Assembly (NCBI GenBank): GCA_002269645.1
Contig: NIVC01002016.1
Location: forward strand, 66,729 to 130,728
Direction: 5' to 3'
DNA length: 64,000 nt
From: Macrostomum lignano
Lineage: Eukaryota
Positions 38,101-51,309 of the stretch are shown one piece after another. A program made the position numbers and the translations under genes. Below the pieces are notes generated by a model, which saw nothing but the letters and a program-made list of their open reading frames with translations, had not been told where the DNA came from and searched no databases. Position 1 is the first letter of the stretch. Every line of letters starts with the position of its first letter.

Positions 38101-38421
38101 TAGAGTACCTGTCACAGACCCTAGAGTACCTGTCACAGACCCTAGAGTACCTGTCACAGACCCTAGAGTACCTGTCACAGACCCTAGAGTACCTGTCACA
38201 GACCCTAGAGTACCTGTCACAGACCCTAGAGTACCTGTCACAGACCCTAGAGTACCTGTCACAGACCCTAGAGTACCTGTACAGACCCTAGAGTACCTAT
38301 ACAGACCCTAGAGTACCTGTCACAGACCCTAGAGTACCTGTACAGACCCTAGAGTACCTGTCACAGACCCTAGAGTACCTGTCACAGACCCTAGAGTACC
38401 TGTACTCTCGTACAGACCCTA
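35183..38421. repeat. 21-bp minisatellite (GTCACAGACCCTAGAGTACCT), about 3.2 kb
   Basis: Direct; degenerate left edge, homogeneous core; source of the VTGTLGS/SQTLEYL ORFs. Confidence 0.98.
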
Positions 38422-38837
38422 GAATTCCTTGCTACTAATATTGTCTAATGAATTTCCCCCAATTTTGAAGTGTTCGTCACCAATATCCCCGCTTTACCTG
38501 GCACTGCAGTCATAATTTAAAATGTGCAGCAGACCTTGAAGGCTGAGGACCATAAGTCACGTGATAGCTTTCTTACTATCAACCTGGCTAAGCTGGAGAG
38601 TAATAAATAACACCACCCGCTGCGAAGTGAAAATTCCATACTAATTAATTAACAAAGACAGGATTAACGCGACAAGGATGAAGCAGAAGGCTGAGAAGCC
38701 GTGGAACTACATCAGATACTGTAAGAAGGTGTGGCCCCAATGGGAAATAAAGAGATATCTAGCTGTCTGGAAAATCCTATAATCTCTTCTGCTCAGTAAA
38801 ATTGATGAAAATTTCAAGAGGCGTGTCCCGTGTGTGC

Positions 38838-39340
38838 AACTCAATCATATGAGCTAACGACTGCTCAATCATATGAGCTAATGACTGCTCAATCATATGA
38901 GCTAATGACTGCTCAATCATATGAGCTAATGACTGCTCAATCATATGAGCTAATGACTGCTCAATCATATGAGCTAATGACTGCTCAATCATATGAGCTA
39001 ATAGCCTAATGACTGCTCAATCATATGAGCTAATGACTGCTCAATCATATGAGCTAATAGTCTAATGACTGCTCAATCATATGAGCTAATGACTGCTCAA
39101 TCATATGAGCTAATGACTGCTCAATCATATGAGCTAATAGCCTAATGACTGCTCAATCATATGAGCTAATAGCCTAATGACTGCTCAATCATATGAGCTA
39201 ATAGCCTAATGACTGCTCAATCATATGAGCTAATGACTGCTCAATCATATGAGCTAATGACTGCTCAATCATATGAGCTAACGACTGCTCAATCATATGA
39301 GCTAATGACTGCTCAATCATATGAGCTAATGACTGCTCAA
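38838..39340. repeat. 24-bp minisatellite (CTCAATCATATGAGCTAATGACTG) with longer variants
   Basis: Direct. Confidence 0.95.
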
Positions 39341-39739
39341 TAGTATGAACAATAAGTTGACCTGCTCAGGATGAGATGATCAGCTTTCACATAATTTGTT
39401 AAAGACAAGTACAAGTATGAAAAGTAAGTGAAGATCTTCGTGGTGCACTTCGTGGATAGAAAGTCAGTCAGTCTTAAGTCTCAAAGGAAAAATACCGAAG
39501 GACGCCAGGAAGCTGCAGGTGGAGGAGAGAGCTAGTTTGCCTCGGGGTGCCTTTGGCGACCCCCCCTCAATTCTCTCGCATCCGACTGAAGCAATCAATC
39601 TTAAAATGAGCAGTTGGAAAACTGGCATTTGCTCAAGGCGAATTCGAATTCAAGGACAGTTTCGTGGCAGATTGAGATTAATCGAGATGCAATGGCCTGC
39701 CTTCCGAGTCTGGGAATACGAGCCTTTTCGGGATTCATT

Positions 39740-40115
39740 CTAGTCCTTGGTTTAGAAGTTTTTTGGAAGTCCTTGGACTAGAAGTGTATTTTGTAAGTTC
39801 TTGAATTGAAAACATATTTTAGGAGTCCTCGGACTGGAAATGTATTTTTGAAGTTCTTGGACTAAAAGTGTTTTTTGGGAGTTCTTAAGTTTAAAAACGT
39901 ATTTTGGGAGTCCTTGGACTGGCAATGTAATTTGGAAGTTCTTGGACTGGAAATGTATTTTGGGAGTCTTTGGACTAGAAATTTATTTTTTTATCTTTGG
40001 ACTAGAAATATCTGTTAGTCCTTGGACTAAACGTGTATTTTTGGAGTGGAGTGGACTGGACTGGAAATGTATTTTGGGAGTCCATTGACTTGAAGTGTAT
40101 CTTGGGAGTCCTTGG
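39740..40115. repeat. Degenerate tandem repeat of about 36 bp (GTCCTTGGACTGGAAATGTATTTTTGGGA core)
   Basis: About 10 diverged copies. Confidence 0.75.
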
Positions 40116-40696
40116 TTCTTGGCTGGCGTGAACTGGCTGTGTTATGTGACAGCCAACGGTGAGAGATGGAAGCTAAGAAAGGAGAAAAGTCCCTTTTATT
40201 GTGGTGTCGGGGCATAGCCGGTAGCCTCAGCCTATTCAGACTTTCACCTCCAGCCAAAAAACGGACTTCCTGTGCGTCAGTTGTCAAAGTTTAATCAAGC
40301 AGTTATGCTGTATGTTAGCATTCATTCAGATTTAGTAAATTATCTTTCACAAGAGACTTGGGTGCTCTTTGGAGAGAGGGAAAAAGGATAGAGTCATTGT
40401 GTCATTGCGTTATAAATAACGAAAAGGCTTTGGCCTCTGAAAAAGGCTTCATTAATCAACTCAGCACTTTTGAGTTTTTCAGCTTTAGGAGAGTAAATGG
40501 TATGTATATATTCATGTAGCTTTTAATAACAATAAAGCTGTAGCTGTTACTGAGAGGCATAATTAATCGTACATGTATGAAGGTTTAAGAGCATGCGAAA
40601 GTGATGATGCAATATATGATGTATGATATGATGTAATTGATGTAAGAGCATGCGAAAGTGATGATGTCGGCCAAAAATTGCAATTTTGCAAAAGAA

Positions 40697-41442
<746 letters not shown>

Positions 41443-42228
41443 ACAATTTTTATCTGTTAATAATAATTCGCTGTTGCAGTGAGAGCGTCAGGCGGACAAG
41501 GCTGGCGGGAACCTGTACAGATGAGAGACACACCCCATAATTATTTGTGCTTTACCGCCGAGGCTCTTAATCGAGGAAAAGCTAAACAAAAAAGAGGCAT
41601 CAGTTTATGCGAAGGTACTCGTAAAACCCCTAATTAAAACAGGGAAGTATATTCAAGGGAGCCGCAGGATGTGACAGCAAGACAAGTTAACCAGTACCCG
41701 AACCGGGAAAACCTGCTAGGGATGCTGATGTCTATTGTTAGAGCTGCAATTACAGCCCAGGGCTTCTTTAGGCTGATGTTATTTTTGTCAGCTATTTGGG
41801 TAGCGCCGCAGGCAACCCCTTGACGGTGAGATAGGGAAATTCCTAGAACAAGAACACTCTCCAACTGCACGGCTTCATTCTCGTCAGACAGTTCTGACGT
41901 CTGACAGCCGAGTCCATGTGTACCAAAATAGACAAAGTAGATTTATAAAGCCACTCAAGCGCATGTAAACAATGCTTTAGAAGTACAAACTTGTCATAAC
42001 AGCAGAACAGACCATTTTTTGATTGCACATAATTGTGTTCGTCAAGTGGTATACAGGTATTGCAATATATCTCTCAGATACATGCAGCATTCATGTAGGT
42101 AGGCAGTAATTCAAATGGCTCACTGGATTCTCTGGGCTTAACAATGTCCGCCTAGTTTTTGTCTGGCAACCTGGGCGGTTGCGGCAGGCGCGTTCCAAAT
42201 ACGGTATGCGGCGGCTGACACATGATCG

Positions 42229-42546
42229 ATCTCTCCTCCCCGTGTCTACTCCCCAGCTCTGTCTCTCCTCCCCGTGTCTACTCCCCATCTCTGTCTCTCC
42301 TCCCCGTGTCTACTCCCCAGCTCTGTCTCTCCTCCCCGTGTCTACTCCCCATCTCTGTCTCTCCTCCCCGTGTCTACTCCCCAGCTCTGTCTCTCCTCCC
42401 CGTGTCTACTCCCCAGCTCTGTCTCTCCTCCCCGTGTCTACTCCCCATCTCTGTCTCTCCTCCCCGTGTCTACTCCCCAGCTCTGTCTCTCCTCCCCGTG
42501 TCTACTCCCCATCTCTGTCTCTCCTCCCCGTGTCTACTCCCCATCT
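42229..42546. repeat. 32-bp minisatellite (CTCTCCTCCCCGTGTCTACTCCCCAGCTCTGT)
   Basis: About 10 units. Confidence 0.95.
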
Positions 42547-43042
42547 CCCCTTGCTTGACTCAGTTTCTCCTGTCTTGTTATGATAGTTAAGTGCATTGTG
42601 CAGGAGCAATTTTCACTTGATAAGATAAGTTACAGTGGCCTAACACAGTTAAACACTACCAAATATAATTGAGATGGCTGAAAAAGTCTAATACATAAAC
42701 CCTAGCAAGGGACAGACGGACTTTGGCTATTAAAAACAGCTGAAATTCACAGTCCCAGCAGCGGTAGACGAGGGTAGAAAGTGTTAATTAGCATGCACGC
42801 ACAAAAGACTACATACACTAATTATTTGGCTTGACGCGTCTCACCGCCGCGAACAGATCAATTCAACAGTCAGACAGGCGCGTCCGGCTGTAGGTTGTTA
42901 AGCTCCAACTGTGCTCAAGTCGTGTCAATTTATCTTGCAGGCCTTCAGTAGCTACCAATCGAGCGTCCTAAATCTAATAGCGTACCCCGATCTGTTTGAC
43001 CGACTTTGTCTGACGCATTGCTCTGCACGAGTTCATATGCCT

Positions 43043-44076
43043 GTCTTGAGTTCTGGATGTTTCTACCAAGATTTACCATAGACAGTAGCATTACAGTTGT
43101 GTCCATCTTGAGTTCTGAATGTTTCTACCAAGATTTACCATAGACAGTAGCATTTCAGTTGTGTCCATCTTGAGTTCTGAATGTTTCTACCAAGATTTAC
43201 CATAGACAGTAGCATTACAGTTGTGTCCATCTTGAGTTCTGAATGTTTCTACCAAGATTTACCATAGACAGTAGCATTTCAGTTGTGTCCATCTTGAGTT
43301 CTGAATGTTTCTACCAAGATTTACCATAGACAGTAGCATTTCAGTTGTGTCCATCTTGAGTTCTGAATGTTTCTACCAAGATTTACCATAGACAGTAGCA
43401 TTACAGTTGTGTCCGACTTGAGTTCTGAATATTTCTACCAAGATTTACCATAGACAGTATACATTACAGTTGTGTCCGTCTTGAGTTCTGAATGTTTCTA
43501 CAAAGATTTACCATAGACAGTAGCATTACAATTGTGTCCGTCTTGAGTTCTGAATGTTTCTACAAAGATTTACCATAGACAGTAGCATTACAGTTGTGTC
43601 TGTCTTGAGTTTTGAATGTTTCTACCAAGATTTACCATAGACAGTATACATTACAGTTGTGTCCGTCTTGAGTTCTGAATGTTTCTACAAAGATTTACCA
43701 TAGACAGTAGCATTACAATTGTGTCCGTCTTGAGTTTTGGATGTTTCTACCCAGATTTACCATAGACAGTAGCATTACAGTTGTGTCCGACTTGAGTTTT
43801 GGATGTTTCTACCCAGATTTACCATAGACAGTAGCATTACAATTGTGTCCGTCTTGAGTTTTGGATGTTTCTACCAGATTTACCATAGACAGTAGCATTA
43901 CAGTTGTGTCCGACTTGAGTTTTGGATGTTTCTACCCAGATTTACCATAGACAGTAGCATTACAGTTGTGTCTGTCTTGAGTTTTGGATGTTTCTACCCA
44001 GATTTACCATAGACAGTAGCATTACAATTGTGTCCGACTTGAGTTCTGAATGTTTTTACGTAGATTTACCATAGAC
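43043..44076. repeat. 62-bp minisatellite (CTTGAGTTCTGAATGTTTCTACCAAGATTTACCATAGACAGTAGCATTACAGTTGTGTCCAT)
   Basis: About 17 units; variant bases change along the array. Confidence 0.95.
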
Positions 44077-46439
44077 TAGTCCAGCACAGATTCTCCTTCA
44101 AGATTCCTTTCTCTAGAACAAGAGCAACAGAAGCGGTGCTTCATTCACACACTAAATTATTGAATGCTCTACCTGCAGCATTAGTTAATCCTGGCATCAA
44201 GCCATCTTTTTTTCAAGAGCCGGGTATCTTAAAGACCACCTTGATCAGTTATTAGGCTTTCTTTTCCTTTGTCTTGTTCTCCTTCCATCTTCTCCCATTG
44301 TCTTCTTTCACTTCCTTTCCCCTTTTCCGCTTCGTAACCATTGGTACTATTGGTCCTTGACCACAGTCATGGTGAGTTACACAATAATAAAAATAACAAT
44401 AAGCTCTGTACTCTCGTACGTCGTGAGTTCCTCAGGTTTTGAACTTGATTCAAAATCTTTCTAATTTTGTCATTATTGACTAAAGACATATGTATACAAG
44501 CGGATACATACACAGTGGCAAACAGTTGGCTAAATTTCTAGTTCATATGAACCAATACCGGTATGTGATGTGATGCGCCTCATTTGGCCAACAATCGTGC
44601 CATTGGGCAGTTATTGGTGGGGAGAAAGGCAAATCAGACCCGATAGAAACATACCCATAAAAATATTGAAGTACAGGCATACAAAACACACTTATCTCCG
44701 AACCCCCCAGGCTAAAGCAAATTCACTTGTATGGGAATATGCTTCATCAGTATTTATGCCGCTAATGGTGCCTGCCGATCTCTACAGGCGAATAGTCGCG
44801 GAAAGAAGATACAAAAACAGCCATAAGCATTGCCAGTGATAGATAACCCCCTCCTTCAGGCGCCTAAAATGTAACAGTTTAATGCCGTCATATCCATATA
44901 TTATACTCTCCAAATTCTAATACGATCGGCGTGGGTATAGATATGGCTAGGATGTCGCAAGATGGAGCGAATTCCGGCGTACGGAGCCACCAGCTATTCG
45001 GACGGGGAGGGGAGAAGATAAATAAACGAGGGGATTAATAATAACGGTATTGATTAATAGCGAACCAGGGACTACTGAACAGGGAAATACACAACTCTCA
45101 GTTAGCGATCCATAAATCCGCAGTACAAAGATAAGGGAGTTATAACTCCATATACATGCACACTAGGTGGTCCGCATTTTGCAACGGTTAGATTTTTAAA
45201 TTGGCCAGCCCTTATTTTTACCTAAGAAAAACTAAGCAAAGGGGTGAATTCCTGCTGGTGTCACCTGTTGAAGGTCCAGAAGCTCCGCCTGGGTGAAGGC
45301 CAGTGACTAACAAAGTCAAAGCTGACGCAGACACATGTGGTCGGCGTGCTGATGAAATTTGGAGGCTTGGCAAGGCTGCACTGAGGCGCAGTGCTGGTTG
45401 GCGCACAGGGGGTGTACTGAATACACTGGCGCATATGGAAAGAATCCGACCTTCTGGCAGAATTTTTGGATATCTCGACATTACGGAGGCCTGGCGACTT
45501 GATTCTTGTTTGAGAAGGTGCACAGCAAATGTACAGCACGATAGTTTGATCGGCACCCTAGCAACTGCAGCACACGAAGAACTCAGTAAGCGTGTTGATC
45601 GTATAACTGAGGACGTTTCTTTGTATTACCCAAACGCTCGCAGGAAGCCTCCAGGCCAAACACTGGGACGCAAGCGACAAAAGACTGTGCGAGATCCCCT
45701 ACCCCATGCGGCGATGTCAAAAAGGCAAAGTCAGAGCTATTGAGCTGGCCCTGTAATTTTGTGCCGACACTGCGATTCACGTGATTAAGAAGAATTGGGG
45801 AAATTGTAGACCTGTAATTCATCCAGGCCTAGCACCAAGCATCCAGTCACGTCAATCTGGCGTTGCGACCTCCCGATTAGCTGAACTGACTGATGACAAA
45901 AGGTTTCCCAGTGCAAAAATAGTCAAGTCAAAAGGCATAATTATTATAATTATGCGGCTACTGGCTTAAATTCCAGCACAGCGCCATCATTATGCTAAGT
46001 TGTATATTGTCTTTGCGTCATTAGCCATTTTGCCCTGATCCTGGCCTGGATAAATTCTACCTGGGAAAACAGGAAACAGCTTCATCGCCACTTCACTTTA
46101 ATTAGTCTAGTTTCTTGCACACAGCAGGTTCTTGCGGAGATTTTCAACAATCCGAGTGTTTGATCAAGCAAATGAAGTTTTGTGAAAGTCAAAGAGGACA
46201 ACGCAAATTTATTGAAGCTAAAATGAATTCAATGAATCCAATTGATTTATTAGAACAATACTATACAAAACGGAATCTAGATTGTCAGCACAAATACAAA
46301 GTTTTCTCTAATGAATAACACAAACTTAGATTTGCTAACATGACAAAAGTTAGTTCGCATAACACATGGATATGAGGGGGGGGGGTAAAAAACAGCAAAA
46401 TACAGGGTCATATTTGGAGTGAAAAGTCAGTGACAGCTT

Positions 46440-47230
46440 TAGAGACTGCAAACAAGGGAATCTGGGAGAGTGACAGACTGCAGATATGGGAATATGGGAG
46501 ATTGACAGATTTTTAGACACGGATATGGGAGAGTGACAGATTGAAGACGGGAGTATGGGAGAGTGACACTGCAGACATGGGAATTTAGGAGAGTGACAGA
46601 ATGCAGACATGAGAATATGGAAGGGTGACAGACTGCAGGACACAGAGATCTGGGAGAGTGACAGATCGCAGACAAGGCAATCTAGGCGAGTGAAAGACTA
46701 CAGACAAGGGAATCTGGGAGTGACAGACTGCAGACATGGGAATCTTGGAGAGTGACAGACTATAGACACGAGGATCTGGGAGAGTGACAGATTGCAGACA
46801 CGAGGATCTGGGAGAGTGACAGATTGCAGACACGAGGATCTGGGAGAGTGACAGATTGCAGATACGAGGATCTGGGAGGGTGACAGACTGCAGATACGAG
46901 GATCTGGGAGTGACAGACTGCAGACACGAGGATCTGGGAGTGACAGACTGCAGACACGAGGATCTGGGAGAGTGACAGACTATAGACACGAGGATCTGGG
47001 AGAGTGACAGACTATAGACACGAGGATCTGGGAGAGTGACAGATTGCAGACACGAGGATCTGGGAGAGTGACAGATTGCAGACACGAGGATCTGGGAGAG
47101 TGACAGATTGCAGACACGAGGATCTGGGAGGGTGACAGACTGCAGATACGAGGATCTGGGAGTGACAGACTGCAGACACGAGGATCTGGGAGGGTGACAG
47201 ACTGCAGACACGAGGATCTGGGAGTGACAG
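46440..47230. repeat. 30/32-bp minisatellite (GACAGACTGCAGACACGAGGATCTGGGAGAGT)
   Basis: Direct; abuts the stop of ZF gene B; left half degenerate. Confidence 0.93.
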
Positions 47231-47243
47231 TGACAAAGCTTCA

Positions 47244-47863
47244 TCAGCGACAGCCGCTCCCGTGTCCAATTCCACTGCCGCTGGATCCGCCAGGCGGCAG
47301 GCTGGACTCGTCCTGTATGCAGGACAGAATCTCGCCAGCAATACGCTGAGCAGCCTCTGTACCAATATTGAGATTGAGATCGTGCAGATCCAGCATAGAC
47401 TCGTCCAGGACTGGCGCGGCGGAGTGGGCCAACCGCAAGTGGCGGCTCAGGGTAGGCCGGTGCCGATATCGGCGACCGCACAGTCGGCAAGCATGTCTGG
47501 CATCCGTAGAATGAGTGTCCCGATGCTTCAGCAATCCGCACTGACTAGAAAATGCTTTGCCGCACTGCTGACAGGTGAATAATAATTGGCCACCGGAGTG
47601 GCGGCACAATTCGTGGGCACGCAGATTGCCCAGAGTGCTGGATTGGTAAGGGCAGTGCTGACAGGCGAATGGTCTGCTGCTGCCGACACTGGCGCTGACT
47701 GAGGCCGATACAGGGCGACCCTGTCTCAGGCTTAACAGCCGGCTGTGCTTTGCTAGCCTATGCTTAGCGAGATCTGAGCTGGTCAGGTAGCTTTTATTGC
47801 ACTTGTCGCAAGAGTAGTGACGAGCGCTGGCGTGACTGGGCAGGTGGCGGACAAAGGCCGAGT
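47244..47863 (-). CDS. C2H2 zinc-finger gene B, last exon
   Basis: End of finger 2 (SAFVRHLPSH) plus four fingers (CDKC, CQHC, CQQC, CRLC); acceptor CATTTCTAG at 47864. Confidence 0.88.
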
Positions 47864-48034
47864 CTAGAAATGAGATGTTAGAAAATGGGATTTGGGAGAT
47901 TAGGAGAGCCGCGACTGCTGCTAGCAGGGTCTGGTCTGTTCTAGGGGAAATTCTCCTCACGTAGCCTTAGTCAGAGGGGATATTCTCCTCACTTAGCCTT
48001 AGTCAGTCAGAGGGGATATTCTACTCATGTAGCC

Positions 48035-48722
48035 TCAAAGCTGGGGCGATTCTCATGCGTGACCTATTTACAAAGCTGGGTCAATTCTCATGCGTGACCT
48101 ATTCACAAAGCTGGGGCGATTCTCATGCGTGACCTATTTACAAAGCGAGGGACGATTTTCATGCGTGACCTATTTATTTACAAAGCTGGGGCGATTCTCA
48201 TGCGTGACCTATTTATTTACAAAGCTGGGGCGATTCTCACGCGTGACCTATTTATTTACAAAGCTGGGTTGATTCTCACGCGTGACCTATTTATTTACAA
48301 AGCTGTGGCGATTCTCATGCGTGACCTATTTACAAAGCGAGGGACGATTTTCATGCGTGACCTATTTATTTTTAAAGCTGGGTTGATTCTCATGCGTGAC
48401 CTATTTATTTACAAAGCTATGGCGATTCTCATGCGTGACCTATTTATATACAAAGCTGTGGCGATTCTCATGCGTGACCAATTCACAAAGCTGGGGCGAT
48501 TCTCATGCGTGACCTATTTACAAAGCGAGGGACGATTTTGATGCGTGACCTATTTATTTACAAAGCTAAGGCGATTTTCACGCGTGACCTATTTACAAAG
48601 CGAGGGGCGATTCTCATGCGTGACCTATTTACAAAGCGAGGGGCGATTCTCATGCGTGACCTATTTACAAAGCGAGGGGCGATTTTCATGCGTGACCTAT
48701 TTACAAAGCAGAGGCGATTCTC
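48035..48722. repeat. 35/39-bp intronic minisatellite (GCGATTCTCATGCGTGACCTATTT(ATTT)ACAAAGCTGGG)
   Basis: Direct. Confidence 0.93.
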
Positions 48723-49217
48723 AAAAGACCTAGTCAGAGGTGCGAATACCTCGCGTGTTGAAACTCAGTCCCGCGGGTCAGGTGTGAAAATGAAAACAGC
48801 ATTTTAACTCCCTCGCCAATGCTAATAAACTGAGTAGCGTGCTAATGCCAACAAAAATCCTCTGAAAGTTTCAAAGCTAAAAAAGAGAGCATGCACTTTA
48901 AGTCTCCAAGAGCCAGGTTAAAACTGGATTCGGCGTCCCCCTCTCCAGAGTAGGTAATTAGAGAAGCTCTTAATTACAGTCGGTAATTAAATATAAGCCG
49001 GCCTAGATGCAGAAAAGAAACAAAAATACTTAAAAATGGCCCCCAGCTTATAAAAAACCGACATGCAAGGAATTTCTGGTCTAATTATGAAAGCCCCGGA
49101 CTGCAAATTAGCTGACTTGGTCCTTCAAAGGCAATATTAAACAAGCAGTTTACCTATCAAGAAAATTACAACTATATAAAAAGCGCAAGAACACACCCAG
49201 TTTGAATGGCGACTTAC

Positions 49218-49290
49218 GATTATCGAATGCTTTGCCGCACAGGCCGCAGTTGAACTGGTCATCATCAATGTGGTGAGTTCTCACGTGTCT
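49218..49290 (-). CDS. C2H2 zinc-finger gene B, 73-nt middle exon (not in the ORF track)
   Basis: TTTTCCTCTTTAG|RHVRTHHIDDDQFNCGLCGKAFDN|GTAAGT; completes split fingers on both sides with matching phases. Confidence 0.88.
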
Positions 49291-49354
49291 CTAAAGAGGA
49301 AAATCAATTATTAATAATTTGTTTAGATTTATGCTAGAGACAGTCGCTTTCAGA

Positions 49355-49800
49355 AGCTCGAAACTTCTTAAGCTCGAAACTTCTCAAGCTCGAAACTTCA
49401 CAAACACAAGCTTGAAACTTCACAAACACAAGCTCGAAACTTCACAAACACAAGCTTGAAACTTCACAAACACAAGCTCGAAACTTCACAAATACAAGCT
49501 TGAAACTTCACAAACACAAGCTCGAAACTTCACAAATACAAGCTTGAAACTTCACAAACACAAGCTCGAAACTTCACAACACAAGCTCGAAACTTCACAA
49601 ACACAAGCTTAAACTTCACAAACACAAGCTCGAAACTTCACAAACACAAGCTCGAAACTTATCGAACTCGAAACCTTACAAGCTCGAAACTTCATAAACT
49701 CGAAAATCATCAAGCTCGAAACTTTGTAAGCTCTAATCTCCATAAGCTCGAAATTTTGTCGAGCTCGAAACTCGAAAATCGACATTGTGAAAATAAGGAT
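49355..49800. repeat. 22-bp intronic minisatellite (AGCTCGAAACTTCACAAACACA)
   Basis: Direct, degenerate flanks. Confidence 0.9.
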
Positions 49801-49904
49801 AAAAAATTACGATAGTTCGAGCTTTTGAAATGCACCCGAAAAAACAGCAAGCACCAAATAATAGCCAAGTTGCAAAACTTTAAATTAGTGGCGATTATAC
49901 TAAC

Positions 49905-50072
49905 CGACATGGAGTATTTGTTAACAAATTTCGCAGAGCAGAGCGGGCAACGGTGCAGATATTTATTAATATCATCGATCTCGTCAGCCGCTTCGCCGAG
50001 ACTCGAACCAAGGACCTCCTCAGCTGCTGGGAGTGCCTGGCCGCAGATGCGTTGGTTTTGGTGGCTTGGCAT
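49905..50072 (-). CDS. C2H2 zinc-finger gene B, first coding exon
   Basis: MPSHQ...HRCPLCSAKFVNKYSMS|GTTAGT; in-frame stop upstream of the ATG; joined product is 286 aa with 6 fingers. Confidence 0.75.
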
Positions 50073-50164
50073 GAAATAAGCAATACAGATCGAATGCAGT
50101 GGCTGCCTTTGCTAGTTAGTCTCTCTGCTAGACACACAATTGCTTAGTTTTTAGGTGCTGGATG

Positions 50165-50596
50165 TCTCAGGTATGGGATGAGTTGGCCATGCTCAACTTC
50201 AGGTGTGGGATGAGTTGGCCATGCTCAATCTCAGGTGTGGGATGAGTTGGCCATGCTCAATCTCAGGTGTGAGATGAGTTGGCCATGCTCAATCTCAGGT
50301 GTGGGATGAGTTGGCCATGCTCAATCTCAGGTGTGGGATGAGTTGGCCATGCTTAATCTCAGGTGTGGGATGAGTTGGCTATGCTCAATCTCAGGTGTGG
50401 GATGAGTTTGCTATGCTCAATCTCGGGTTTGGGATGAGTTGGCCATGCTCAATCTCAGGTGTGGGATGAGTTGGCCATGCTCAATCTCAGGTGTGGGATG
50501 AGTTGGCCATGCTCAATCTCAGGTGTGGGATGAGTTGGCCATGCTCAATCTCAGGTGTGGGATGAGTTGGCTATGCTCAACTTCAGGTGTGGGATG
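50165..50596. repeat. 32-bp minisatellite (TCAGGTGTGGGATGAGTTGGCCATGCTCAATC)
   Basis: About 13 units. Confidence 0.95.
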
Positions 50597-51144
50597 AAAA
50601 AATCGGCAGTAAGCTCTGACCAATTTTTAGCTTAAGTGGAAAAATGAAAATAAATGATTTCAAACAATTTTCAAAAATATTTTTGTTTGACTGAGCCTGG
50701 CAGAACAAGTACATACGCAGACAGGTTAATTAAGACACAAGATAGAGATAAGGACACGATAGGTTGTTATAACAGTCCTCTTCACATATATAAAGAACTC
50801 GCCAGGAATAGCAGATACTCATTAGCCATTCCCTGCGCCTAATGACTTGAAAAATCTACTAGGACCTCCTGTTGGACTCAACTCGGGGACAGGCACGGAC
50901 AGATGTTAAAGTACATAATTATAGATATAGAACAATGATTAATAGCAAATCAATTGGAAAATGCTTAATTTATTACTCATGAAGCCAAAAGTAGTAGTTT
51001 GAATGTTTATAACTAAAATGCACCCCTTTAAAAATCTTCCTTAATGCACTCCCGCATACAGAATGCGTAATAATATAAGCTGAATAGCAAATGCTGCGCA
51101 TAAATGCAAGAAAAGTGTGAAGAAAAAGCCTCTTTGCTGGCACT

Positions 51145-51308
51145 GAAGCTGACACTCCTTTGACTCTCCATTGTCCTAACACTCCATTGACACATGCCCT
51201 GACAATGTAAGACACTCCTTTGACACTGCCCTGACAATGTCAGACACTCCTTTGACACTATCCTGGCAATGTCAGACACTCCTTTGACACTGCCCTGACA
51301 ATGTCAGT
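51145..51308. repeat. 32-bp short array (GACACTCCTTTGACACTGCCCTGACAATGTCA)
   Basis: 4-5 units starting immediately after the stop at 51310. Confidence 0.85.
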
Positions 51309-51309
51309 C

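Noticed and set aside
38658-39743. Phase-compatible small exons flanking the 24-bp array (KAEKPWNYIRY|FLSLKGKIPKDARKLQ)
   Set aside because: The second acceptor lacks a pyrimidine tract and no homology is recognised; needs RNA-seq.
44570-45970. Possible decayed non-LTR retrotransposon (WEYASSVFMP, fragmented ORFs)
   Set aside because: Only one short RT-tail-like motif; no YADD core or endonuclease motifs seen.
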